Assembly: GCA_051532055.1 (NCBI GenBank) | Contig: JAOPTX010000001.1 | Location: 1-19,635 of the forward strand | Origin: Fibrobacterales bacterium | GTDB lineage: Bacteria > Fibrobacterota > Fibrobacteria > Fibrobacterales > JAOPTW01 | DNA length: 19,635 nt | Reading direction: 5' to 3' | Shown here: one piece after another, positions 7,470 to 15,915 of the stretch | Numbering within the stretch: position 1 is the first letter of the stretch | How the letters are laid out: every line of letters begins with the position of its first letter | The notes under the pieces: generated by a model | Database searches by the model: none | Seen by the model: the letters and a program-made list of their open reading frames with translations, nothing else | Told to the model about the DNA's origin: nothing | Program-made: the position numbers and the translations under genes

Positions 7470-8274
7470 ATTAGCATTTATCTCTGGAATTGCTATAAAC
7501 CTTTTTGTAGGTTGTCAGTCGTCCCTTCCAAGCTGGATTGATGAGGGGTCTGTACAACGACTTGAATTCGCCCAATCGACCCCGTTTCAAGTTCTTAATG
7601 CTACAGAGACATCTACTATTGAAGATGCAATTGCTCTGTCTTCTTATAAAAATAGCGATGCATTTGAAAACTACTATTTTTTAGAAGGGGGGGATACAGC
7701 ACAATTGAATACCTATTTATTCTCTTCAGAAATTTCAGCATTTGGAGCATACAAAAGTTTGGGTGGTGGGGCAAAGCAAACAGAACTTCACTACTTTTGG
7801 TATAAGAATGCTTTATTTGAATTTATTATTAATTCACCTGAACGATTTTTAAAAGAGATAAATGAATTTAAAAAACTCCTTAGTGCTAATGAATATCCTG
7901 CAGCATTTAATTACTTCCCCCTCCAATACAGGATTTCTGAAAGTGAATCAGTGAGTAATAATGGTATACTTGGCGTACTTACTGACGAACAATTCTTGCT
8001 CATAAAGTATGACTTTACAACAGAGAAAGTTACCTTGGCGAAAAGTGTACAACCAATTGAAAAATCTAAATTTTTGAATATTTTGGGTAAAAATATCCCT
8101 TTAGAAGAGCTGAGGTATGATGAATTTACCATCTATTTAATAGAGCTTGATGGCACTTCTGTATGGCTTTCTTGGGCTGATGAGCACCTAATCGCTGTTT
8201 TTGGTGGATATGGGCAGAAAAAAAGCCTTAAATTCATCAAAAAAAGCCTAAATATTCAAAAAATATTGAATTAA
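7462..8274 (+). CDS. Putative lipoprotein of unknown function (possibly DUF6599-like)
   Basis: MYRLAFISGIAINLFVG-C-QSS is a short signal peptide with a lipobox; TYLFSSEISAFGAY resembles the AFG-x-Y motif I associate with DUF6599. The start could alternatively be the ATG at 7450. Confidence 0.6.
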   Translation: MYRLAFISGIAINLFVGCQSSLPSWIDEGSVQRLEFAQSTPFQVLNATETSTIEDAIALSSYKNSDAFENYYFLEGGDTAQLNTYLFSSEISAFGAYKSLGGGAKQTELHYFWYKNALFEFIINSPERFLKEINEFKKLLSANEYPAAFNYFPLQYRISESESVSNNGILGVLTDEQFLLIKYDFTTEKVTLAKSVQPIEKSKFLNILGKNIPLEELRYDEFTIYLIELDGTSVWLSWADEHLIAVFGGYGQKKSLKFIKKSLNIQKILN

Positions 8275-8339
8275 TTTTTTAAAAATTGATATTTTTCAGT
8301 TAAAGGTAACAGCTTAGAAGTTAAACAAAAGGACATATA

Positions 8340-8507
8340 ATGAGTATTGAAAAACTAGAAGCCGAAATGGAACAACTTAAAATTGAGATGGAAAAATTTG
8401 ATAGAGGAAATAAATCTGCCGGTACTCGTGCAAGAAAAGTACTCCAAAATGTTAAAGCTATCTGTCAAGAGATGCGTGTAGAAATTCAATCAGCAAAAAA
8501 TGACTAA
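8340..8507 (+). CDS. Small Hc1/histone H1-like nucleoid protein (55 aa), not in the ORF track
   Basis: Hand translation MSIEKLEAEMEQLKIEMEKFDRGNKSAGTRARKVLQNVKAICQEMRVEIQSAKND*. EKF-x-x-GNKSAGTRARK is the Hc1-family signature. AAGGA RBS upstream and a terminator directly downstream. Confidence 0.9.
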   Translation: MSIEKLEAEMEQLKIEMEKFDRGNKSAGTRARKVLQNVKAICQEMRVEIQSAKND

Positions 8508-8527
8508 TACTATTTAGAATTTTTTTT

Positions 8528-8555
8528 AAAGCCGGCATTTATGCCGGCTTTTTTT
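8528..8555 (+). terminator. Intrinsic terminator after the Hc1-like gene (may also serve the convergent oppC)
   Basis: AAAGCCGGCAT-TT-ATGCCGGCTTT followed by further Ts. Confidence 0.88.
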
Positions 8556-8659
8556 GTGTCTACAATTTTGGATATAGTTGAGAGTTTAATGATTGGTCTT
8601 CATTGTTACAAGAATAAAGTAATGAGAAAACTTGTTCTAATCAAGAAAAACTATGAGAG

Positions 8660-9511
8660 TTAATCTTTTGGGTCGAGCGCATCTCTCAGGCCATCACCAA
8701 TAAAATTAAATGATAATAGGGTTAGTGTTAATACTGATCCGGGGAAAACAATGAGCCACCAATCAGTGTCCATTTGACTTGCGCCTTCTGACGCTAAAAC
8801 GCCCCAAGTGCACTCTTGCACATTGAGCCCTAAAAAACTTAAAAAGGCTTCTTGGAGGATCACAGCAGGCACTGTTAGCGTTGCATAAACTATCACAATA
8901 CCAATGATATTGGGAATAATATGTTTGAAAATAATTTTTAGAGTTGAGAGTCCCAAAGCTTGGGTGGCGAGTATATATTCTTCGTGTTTAATACTTAATA
9001 CTTGACTTCGTACGATACGGGCTGTTGTTAGCCATTGAACTGCGCCAAGAGCAGCAAAAAGTACGTAAATATTTTTACCATAATTTGCGATAAGAATTAT
9101 TACTAAAAACATATAAGGAAGTGAATAGAGGAGATCTACGATTCGCATCATTATTTGGTCGAGACGCCCACCATAATATCCAGATATAGCGCCATAGCTT
9201 GTCCCAATGACGATGGATATAAGAGTTGCAAAAAAACCAATAGCCAGTGACAAGCGGCCCCCCAAAAATATTCGAGCCCATAAATCACGTCCGAGTTGGT
9301 CTGTCCCTGCAAAATGCTTCATAGAAGGAGGTTGTAGTTGTAGTTCTATGTTTTGATGGTAAGGGTCTTGTAAGAAATAGGGGCCAACGAAAACCATAAA
9401 AGCGAGTATGAATAGGAAAAAGAGCGAAACTATTGCTGCCTTGTTTACAACAAGTCTTCGAACTGCTTGACGGAAGGGAGTAAGATTTTGTGGAGTGGAA
9501 TTGTTTGTCAT
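8660..9511 (-). CDS. oppC: Oligopeptide ABC transporter permease, OppC/DppC family
   Basis: PPSMKHFAGTDQLGRDLWARIFLGGRLSLAIG, GYYGGRLDQIMMRIVD, EAA-like EYILATQALG, KHIIPN, EAFLSFLGL, FNFIGDGLRDALDPK. Confidence 0.93.
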   Translation of the reverse strand: MTNNSTPQNLTPFRQAVRRLVVNKAAIVSLFFLFILAFMVFVGPYFLQDPYHQNIELQLQPPSMKHFAGTDQLGRDLWARIFLGGRLSLAIGFFATLISIVIGTSYGAISGYYGGRLDQIMMRIVDLLYSLPYMFLVIILIANYGKNIYVLFAALGAVQWLTTARIVRSQVLSIKHEEYILATQALGLSTLKIIFKHIIPNIIGIVIVYATLTVPAVILQEAFLSFLGLNVQECTWGVLASEGASQMDTDWWLIVFPGSVLTLTLLSFNFIGDGLRDALDPKD

Positions 9512-10413
9512 TCGAACTTAATCCTTGGATCGATAATACTTTGAAGAAAATCCACAATAAGGTTCATAAGGAGCAAGAGTATTGAATAAGTAATTAATAC
9601 TCCTAAAGCAAGTGGGTAATCTCGCTGTATAGCGCTCTCAACAAAATAACTCCCTAGACCAGGGATATTATACACTTTTTCTATAACAAGGGTCCCTGTG
9701 AGCACTGCAGCCAGTGAAGGGCCTAAATAGTTAACAATCGGGACTAAACAGTTTTTTAAAACATGTCGTAGAGCAACTTCTTTACTATTGAGTCCCTTTG
9801 CATAGGCAGTTTTTACATAATCTTTTTTGAGGTTCTCGAGCACGGTACCTCTAGTGATTCGGGCAATATAAGCTATATACATTGCTGAAAGACTCAGAGT
9901 GGGGAGCACTTTGTCAAAAATTGAGTTCCAGCCCGCTACTCTAAATACTTCAAAGTGAGAGGTAAACAGCAATTGTAAAAGAGGCCCGAGTACGAAATTG
10001 GGTATAGCGATACCAACCATTGCAAAGGCCATAAGGAGATAATCAATTCTTTGATTTTGTCTAAAGGCAGCAATAGTACCAAGAAGTATTCCGAGTATCA
10101 TCGCAATACCCATTGCATAAAACCCGAGTTCTAGACTCACCGGCAGAGCAGAGCTTATTATTTCACTGACTTTGCGGTCTTCATGCTTGTAGGAGTATCG
10201 TAAATCGCCCTTAAATACTCCTTGAATATATTCGAGGTAGGTAAAGTCATATTTCTCCTTCAATTCTTTGAGACGTGCTTCAGAAACCGCTTTTTCTTGT
10301 GTATAAGGGTTACCCGGAGCATGTTTCACAACTTGATAAGAAATGGTCAGTATAGTGATAAAAGTGAGAAGGTTGACGAATAGTCTTCTCAGTGTTGATC
10401 TAAATAAGTTCAT
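9508..10413 (-). CDS. oppB: Oligopeptide ABC transporter permease, OppB/DppB family
   Basis: APGNP, GDLRYS, LPVSLELG, IPNFVLG, DYVKTAYAKGL, RHVLKN, IEKVYNIPGLG, RDYPL, IIDPRI; ATGA overlaps with both neighbours. Confidence 0.93.
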   Translation of the reverse strand: MNLFRSTLRRLFVNLLTFITILTISYQVVKHAPGNPYTQEKAVSEARLKELKEKYDFTYLEYIQGVFKGDLRYSYKHEDRKVSEIISSALPVSLELGFYAMGIAMILGILLGTIAAFRQNQRIDYLLMAFAMVGIAIPNFVLGPLLQLLFTSHFEVFRVAGWNSIFDKVLPTLSLSAMYIAYIARITRGTVLENLKKDYVKTAYAKGLNSKEVALRHVLKNCLVPIVNYLGPSLAAVLTGTLVIEKVYNIPGLGSYFVESAIQRDYPLALGVLITYSILLLLMNLIVDFLQSIIDPRIKFE

Positions 10414-11975
10414 TTACTCTCTTTGAACGTAATACTTTTATAATTATAGAGTCCCTGTAAGTTATCTGTAATATTAGTAATTCTTTGAGATCTTAATTCG
10501 TTATTTCTATAAAAATAGATAGGTATGACGGGGAGTTCATCGATAATAATCTCTTCCATTTGAGTAAACAGGCGAGCGCGCTCTGTATAATTGTCGGTAA
10601 GGCCAGATAGATAAGCGAGGGAGTCATATCTCTTATTTGAAAATCCTGTACGATTATTACCGTTTGTAGAGGTAAAAATATCAGTAAAAGTACTTGGATC
10701 TAGGTAATCACCAATCCAAGAACCCCGAGCTATGTCATATTCATATTTGTTCAGTGCATCAAGAAATACTTTCCACTCATAATTTCGAAGACTCACTTTG
10801 ATGCCAAGTATATCTTCCCACATCTTTCCAATTGCTTCAGCTATTGTTTTGTGGGATTCTGAAGTGTTATATAGAATCTCAATTGGAGGGAGGGTATCAG
10901 GGTTGATTCCTGATTCTTTTAGGAGTTTCTTTGCTTTTTCTTCATTAAAAAGTGAGAAGTGTTGCTGCTCAAACCAGCCAATTCCAGGGGGAATGTAGTT
11001 ATCAGAGGCTTCTTCACCACCTTTTTTAATGAATTTAGTTATTAGGGATCGGTTTATTGAATAGCATAGTGCTTTTCTGAGTTTCTTGTTTTTAAGTATA
11101 GGATGGGTATGGTTGATTCTATAAAAGTAGACCCCGTATTGTGGAACAGACGAATATTCTAGCTTATCTTTCCAGCGTTCGATCTTAAATGGGGGGATTG
11201 AAAAAGTCCAATCGAGCTCCCCACTTTTGAACATCGCTGTTGCTGTGTTGACATTCTCGACTGATTTAAAATGAATTTTTTCTATTGAAACCGTTTGATG
11301 ATCCCAGTAGTTGAGGTTTTTTTGGACAGCAAAATGTTGTTTGTATTTTTTTTCTGTCAAAATATAGGGACCATTAGAAACAATTTTTTCTGGGGAAGTC
11401 CAATTGCGTTTATGGTGTTCTATAGTATTTTTATGCACAGGAAAAAATGGCTCAAAGGAGCAGAGGGAAATAAAATAAGGCTGTGGGAAGTCAAGAGTAA
11501 CAATAAATGTACTGTCATTGGGAGCCGAAACCCCCAAACTATCAATTGGCAGCTTACCATTAATTATTGCAGGGGCATTTTTTACTGCAGAAAGTAGAGA
11601 AGAATATTGAGCAGCTGTTTTTGGATTAACTAATCGTCTCCAAGAGTAGACAAAATCGTGAGCTGTAAGTGGAGTTTTATCTGACCAAAATGTTGGGCGT
11701 AAATGAAAAAGGTAGGTTTTTCCTGAGTCAAGTTGTTCCCAGCTATGGGCGACACCTGGAGCAACTTTTCCGCTGTCTGCTCTTATTACAAGGCCTTCAA
11801 AAAGAGATGAAATGATTCTCAATCCCGACATTCCGGTGCATTTATGAGGGTCTATCGTTTGTGGATCAGCGCCATTGCCAATTTTTAGAATGGTACGGTC
11901 AATATTTTTTAGATCACAGGACATGATGGCCAATGTAAAAATAAAATTTACTAACAATATTTTAGAAGTTAACAT
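10410..11975 (-). CDS. oppA: Oligopeptide ABC transporter substrate-binding lipoprotein, OppA family
   Basis: DPQTIDP, LFEGLV, PGVAHSWE, YLFHLR, WSDKTPLTAHDFVYSWRRLVNPKTAAQY, NGPY, RGSWIGDYLDPSTF, PVIPIYF. Lipobox LAIMS-C favours the ATG at 11975 (or 12005) over the track's GTG at 12017; start uncertain. Confidence 0.9.
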   Translation of the reverse strand: MLTSKILLVNFIFTLAIMSCDLKNIDRTILKIGNGADPQTIDPHKCTGMSGLRIISSLFEGLVIRADSGKVAPGVAHSWEQLDSGKTYLFHLRPTFWSDKTPLTAHDFVYSWRRLVNPKTAAQYSSLLSAVKNAPAIINGKLPIDSLGVSAPNDSTFIVTLDFPQPYFISLCSFEPFFPVHKNTIEHHKRNWTSPEKIVSNGPYILTEKKYKQHFAVQKNLNYWDHQTVSIEKIHFKSVENVNTATAMFKSGELDWTFSIPPFKIERWKDKLEYSSVPQYGVYFYRINHTHPILKNKKLRKALCYSINRSLITKFIKKGGEEASDNYIPPGIGWFEQQHFSLFNEEKAKKLLKESGINPDTLPPIEILYNTSESHKTIAEAIGKMWEDILGIKVSLRNYEWKVFLDALNKYEYDIARGSWIGDYLDPSTFTDIFTSTNGNNRTGFSNKRYDSLAYLSGLTDNYTERARLFTQMEEIIIDELPVIPIYFYRNNELRSQRITNITDNLQGLYNYKSITFKESK

Positions 11976-12048
11976 AAGTTTTATGGTGTACTTACGAAAA
12001 AGCATGTTTTTCAGCACTTTAAAAGTCTTGAGGTAATTTAGAAAATGT

Positions 12049-12077
12049 TTGACGTATTACAATTTAGAACATATATT
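12049..12077 (+). promoter_or_regulatory. Putative sigma70-type promoter of the OmpA-TPR-TPR operon
   Basis: TTGACG (12049-12054)-17 nt-TATATT (12072-12077): each hexamer is 5/6 to consensus with ideal spacing, 60 nt upstream of the ATG; GGAG precedes the start. Confidence 0.65.
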
Positions 12078-12137
12078 AATCCCAGAAATTAACAAATAAA
12101 TGGCCAAAATCAATTTCAATAAAAGAGAATTCGGAGT

Positions 12138-13622
12138 ATGATAATTAAGACCTCAACCCTTATTGTGTGTCTGTTTTTGTGCGTTTTTGTGGCACAAGCC
12201 AGATACATCCAAGTTCCCGCTGATTATAAGAAAATAGGCGATGCATTGGCAAATGCTGATGCCGGTGACACAATTAAAGTCTCTAGAGGTGTGTATTACG
12301 AAAATATCACTTTGATCATGGGTGTTGTGTTATTGGGTGATAATCCACAAACAACAATAATTGATGGCGGGCGAAAAGGCCCAACAGTTATGGGAACACC
12401 TGGCGCTGAAATTGGCTATTTCACTATTCGAAATGGAATAGAAGGTGTTTTGTGTGAGAACGCAACCCCCTACATTCATCATAATTGGATTATTGATAAT
12501 CATGCTTCGGGTATTGCGGCATTTATTTCGCTCCCTAGTATAAAAAACAATGTCATATATGGGAATCGCTGGAGTGGTATCCTTGCTTGGGGTACTAAAT
12601 CCCTCAGTTCAAAAATTGAACATAATGTTGTTGTAAAAAATGGGTATTCAGGTATAACGCTGAAAGGTCCCGCGGATGTTCGTATCGAGAATAATATTCT
12701 TATTGATAACCATTACTATGGTATTTATGCTGACCCTGCAGCTGGTCAAAGTAAGGTTCAATTCAATGATATTGTCGATAACTACTACTCATATAATAAG
12801 TTTATTAAAATTGATAGAACAAATATTTCTACCGACCCTAAATTCATTAACCCATCCCTCTCAAGTCCAAATCTCTTTATTTCAACGCGTTCTCCACTAG
12901 TAAGACGCGGTAAGGGTAAAACAAATATTGGCTTGATTGAGCGAGATGTTGTTGTACAGGAAAATGGTGATACTGATGGTGATGGTTTACTTGATTCTGA
13001 TGACACTTGTCCAGATCTTGCAGAAGATATGGATGATTTTGAAGATGAGGATGGCTGTCCTGATACTGATAATGACAAAGATGGCGTGCTCGATGTAAAT
13101 GACCAATGTTTAAATGAGCAAGAAGACAAAGATGGCTATGAAGATGAAGATGGTTGTCCGGAGACAGATAATGATGGCGATGGAGTCGTCGATGCAAACG
13201 ATCGTTGTCCAAATATGGCAGAGATTGTTAATGAATTTAAGGATGAAGATGGTTGTCCAGACAAGATTCCTTCTGAACCAGCGCAGACCTTTATTCTTGA
13301 TGGAATAAATTTTAAGACAGGTTCTGCAGAAATCACTGATGATTCTGAAGCTGGACTCATGGGAGTTTTTGATCAGCTTGAAGAATTTCCTGACACTCGA
13401 TTTAAAATTATCGGGCATACTGATAATAGAGGGTCTAAAAAGAAAAATAAACGTCTATCAAAAGATCGTGCGAATTCCGTTAAAAAATGGCTTGTAAAAA
13501 TGGGCATTACGAGAAAACGTATTAAGTCTTATGGTGCTGGTGAAAGTAAACCTATTGCTTCTAATAAGACTGCAGCTGGACGTGAAAAGAATAGAAGAAT
13601 TGAATTTGTGAGAACGAGGTAG
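12138..13622 (+). CDS. Exported protein: right-handed beta-helix (pectin lyase-like/NosD-like) + TSP3-type Ca-binding repeats + C-terminal OmpA-like peptidoglycan-binding domain
   Basis: Signal peptide ending AQA; VPADYKKIGDAL...GDTIKVSRGVYYENI...TIIDGG cap followed by repeated I-x-[HN]-N-x-I-x-x-N-x-x-x-GI coils; three DxDxDG...C...DEDGCP units; INFKTGSA...IIGHTDNRG...LSKDRANSVK...GAGESKPIASN...GREKNRRIEF. Confidence 0.88.
   Translation: MIIKTSTLIVCLFLCVFVAQARYIQVPADYKKIGDALANADAGDTIKVSRGVYYENITLIMGVVLLGDNPQTTIIDGGRKGPTVMGTPGAEIGYFTIRNGIEGVLCENATPYIHHNWIIDNHASGIAAFISLPSIKNNVIYGNRWSGILAWGTKSLSSKIEHNVVVKNGYSGITLKGPADVRIENNILIDNHYYGIYADPAAGQSKVQFNDIVDNYYSYNKFIKIDRTNISTDPKFINPSLSSPNLFISTRSPLVRRGKGKTNIGLIERDVVVQENGDTDGDGLLDSDDTCPDLAEDMDDFEDEDGCPDTDNDKDGVLDVNDQCLNEQEDKDGYEDEDGCPETDNDGDGVVDANDRCPNMAEIVNEFKDEDGCPDKIPSEPAQTFILDGINFKTGSAEITDDSEAGLMGVFDQLEEFPDTRFKIIGHTDNRGSKKKNKRLSKDRANSVKKWLVKMGITRKRIKSYGAGESKPIASNKTAAGREKNRRIEFVRTR
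12969..13262 (+). repeat. Three intragenic 99-nt (33-aa) TSP3-like repeats
   Basis: Units start at 12969, 13068 and 13167 (DTDGDG, DNDKDG, DNDGDG); each has two Cys and ends DEDGCP[DE]. Confidence 0.9.
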
Positions 13623-13627
13623 ATGAA

Positions 13628-15880
13628 ATGATGAAAAATATGTTAATACAATCATTAGTGATAGTATCGTTATTTGTTGCCTCGTCATTTGCCATTGGGC
13701 CAGTATATAGTCCGCATAAATATCAGCAAAATGACTGGTTTGGTGAGTTTGGCGAAACAAATGCGATGTATGTTAATCCTGCAAGTATCGCAGAAAATGA
13801 TCAGCTCGAAATATCATTTGCAATGTTTAGAACTATTAGCTTTGAAGCTGGTCAAGAATATCTTGGTATGGCTTTCCCTGTTGATTATAAGCATTCAATG
13901 GGTGTTGGGATTTGGGATAATGGTGCATGTGTCGATGATGGAAGTAAGTGTTATGGCGAACGTTCTTTGATGTTTGGCTATGCATATCGTCTTTTACATT
14001 CGTTTGCAATTGGTGCAAACCTTTCTCTTCTTCAAATTAATCAGTTTGATGTTCGAAAAGAGATTACTGCTGGTTTAGATCTTGGATTGAGTTGGAATCC
14101 AATTAACAACTCGAAGCTTGGTTTTTTACAAATTGGATTAGCATTACAAAATGCATTTCAACCTGCAGTATCAACCGAAAGTGGTGATAGCGGGTATAAA
14201 TTTTTCTTTCCTGACCGTTTCTTTGGTATTGGCGGAAATACTTCTAAAGCTTATTATATCCCTTCTAATATTAATACTTCGTTTTTTTATCGAGGCTTTA
14301 ATCGTCGCTTAGAAGCTAAAATGGAACTTTCGTTTATTGATGCATTTTTTATGGAAGATGAAGGTCAAAAAAGTGAGATAAACGAAAGATTAGAAACGAG
14401 TTTTACAGCAACATATTATCTCTCAAACCACATTGGGGCACGATTACGCTTTACTAAAGAAGGCTATCCAGTGATTGGGGGGACGGTAAACGTTAAAGAT
14501 GTGAATTTTGCAAAATATATCGAACTAGATCTTGAAGTTTCACACGATGATATTATTGATAGTAAAAATCGTGGATTCTTAATGAATGTTAAAGTAAGTG
14601 GGCGATTTGGACCAACACGTGAAGAGTATATCGGAGAAGATCGATATCGTAGGTTGAAAATTGAACCTGAGCAAGATTACCGTCGTGCAATGCGATTATA
14701 TTTAGAAAGAAAATTTCTTGAAGCAGCATATGCTTTCGGTAAAGTAGTGACAAAATATCCGGCATTTCACCTTGTGGACCAAGCTGCGTTTTACAAAGGT
14801 AAGTCTTTTGAAAATATGCGTATGCATAAGGCCGCCCGCGCAACTTATGAAGAGGCTATAAAAACCTATCCAGCATCGGATCAAATTCCAAAATACACTT
14901 ATCAACTTATGAATATTGACTATAAAGAAGGCAAATATTCACGGGCACTTATTGGATATCAAAAAATAACTCAAAAGTTTGCAGATACAGATATTAAAGC
15001 TGATGCAGACTACATTGCTGGCCAGATTAAATTTCTTCAAGCACAGTATGATGAATCAATATCACTGTTATCTCCCATCATTCCGGGGAATACAAACTAC
15101 TTTTATGCACGTTATACCATGGGTATAAGTTTCTCCAGAAAAGGTCTCTGGGAAGAGGCTGCAGGATGCTTTCAGGATATTGTAAATAGTGAGCCAGATA
15201 ATCAGTCTGAAAGAGATATACAAGATGCAGCTAAAGTTAAACTAGGGCATATTCATCATGATGCTGACCCTCCACGTATGGCTGAAGCTTTTGCATTATA
15301 CAAGCAGATTGAAAGAAATTCTCACGTGTATGACGAGGCAATATTAGCAATTTCTTGGGCTGCGATGAAAATTGGTAAATACGAGAATGGATTGAATGGA
15401 GCAGAGTTTATTATAAACCAAATGCAAGATTCATATCTTGTATCGGAGTCGTATCTTCTTAAAGGGTATTATCACTTCATTAAGAAACAGTGGGAAGAGG
15501 CACGAAAAGCTCTAGAAGAGTGTGTTAATCGCTCGAAAAAACCATTGGTATCTGATCAGGAACGTAATGAGGCAACTCGTAAGTATAGTGATATGATTGG
15601 AGAGTTTGAAGAAGTTCAAATTAAAGCAGTAGATCTTGCTCGACAGCTCCCAACACCTCGAGTGAAACAAAAAAGAGCAAAGCTTCGCCCAGAGTTTGAT
15701 AAAGCTAATGAAGGGATTGATAAACATTTTCAATTTTTACAGTTAGTTGAACAGAGTAACCGGTTTGATACTAATAGAAAAAGAGTACTTGATGATGCTG
15801 AGTATACCCTTGCACTCGTTATGTCTCGTTTAGGCTCTACTGGTGAAAGTTTTGGTGATGAACTTGAAGAGCTCGATTAA
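13628..15880 (+). CDS. Predicted outer-membrane beta-barrel (FadL/PorV-like N-terminus) fused to a C-terminal TPR region resembling GltC
   Basis: Signal peptide ending SFA; AMYVNPASIA motif; alternating-hydrophobic strands (LMFGYAYRL, FAIGANLSLL, GLDLGLSWNP, LQIGLALQN, FLMNVKVSGRFG) to about residue 330; then TPR helices (YRRAMRLYLERKFLEAAYAFGKVVTKYP, AAFYKGKSF...YEEAIKTYP). Confidence 0.75.
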   Translation: MMKNMLIQSLVIVSLFVASSFAIGPVYSPHKYQQNDWFGEFGETNAMYVNPASIAENDQLEISFAMFRTISFEAGQEYLGMAFPVDYKHSMGVGIWDNGACVDDGSKCYGERSLMFGYAYRLLHSFAIGANLSLLQINQFDVRKEITAGLDLGLSWNPINNSKLGFLQIGLALQNAFQPAVSTESGDSGYKFFFPDRFFGIGGNTSKAYYIPSNINTSFFYRGFNRRLEAKMELSFIDAFFMEDEGQKSEINERLETSFTATYYLSNHIGARLRFTKEGYPVIGGTVNVKDVNFAKYIELDLEVSHDDIIDSKNRGFLMNVKVSGRFGPTREEYIGEDRYRRLKIEPEQDYRRAMRLYLERKFLEAAYAFGKVVTKYPAFHLVDQAAFYKGKSFENMRMHKAARATYEEAIKTYPASDQIPKYTYQLMNIDYKEGKYSRALIGYQKITQKFADTDIKADADYIAGQIKFLQAQYDESISLLSPIIPGNTNYFYARYTMGISFSRKGLWEEAAGCFQDIVNSEPDNQSERDIQDAAKVKLGHIHHDADPPRMAEAFALYKQIERNSHVYDEAILAISWAAMKIGKYENGLNGAEFIINQMQDSYLVSESYLLKGYYHFIKKQWEEARKALEECVNRSKKPLVSDQERNEATRKYSDMIGEFEEVQIKAVDLARQLPTPRVKQKRAKLRPEFDKANEGIDKHFQFLQLVEQSNRFDTNRKRVLDDAEYTLALVMSRLGSTGESFGDELEELD

Positions 15881-15915
15881 TTTGAGCTTTTCTCTAAATA
15901 AATAGAGAGAGAAAA

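Noticed and set aside
12969..13262. Periodic DNA repeats considered as a CRISPR array
   Set aside because: The repeats are degenerate, in frame with a 99-nt period, and encode protein repeats; there are no identical repeats with unique spacers and no cas genes.
12785..13418. Ser-rich and His-rich minus-strand ORFs over the OmpA gene
   Set aside because: They are the reverse complement of the GAT/GAA-rich TSP3 repeats, which explains both the open frames and the composition.
13628..14610. Type IX secretion system PorV assignment
   Set aside because: The NPA motif is shared by several barrel families, no other T9SS genes are in the window, and the fused TPR region and neighbours point to a different system.
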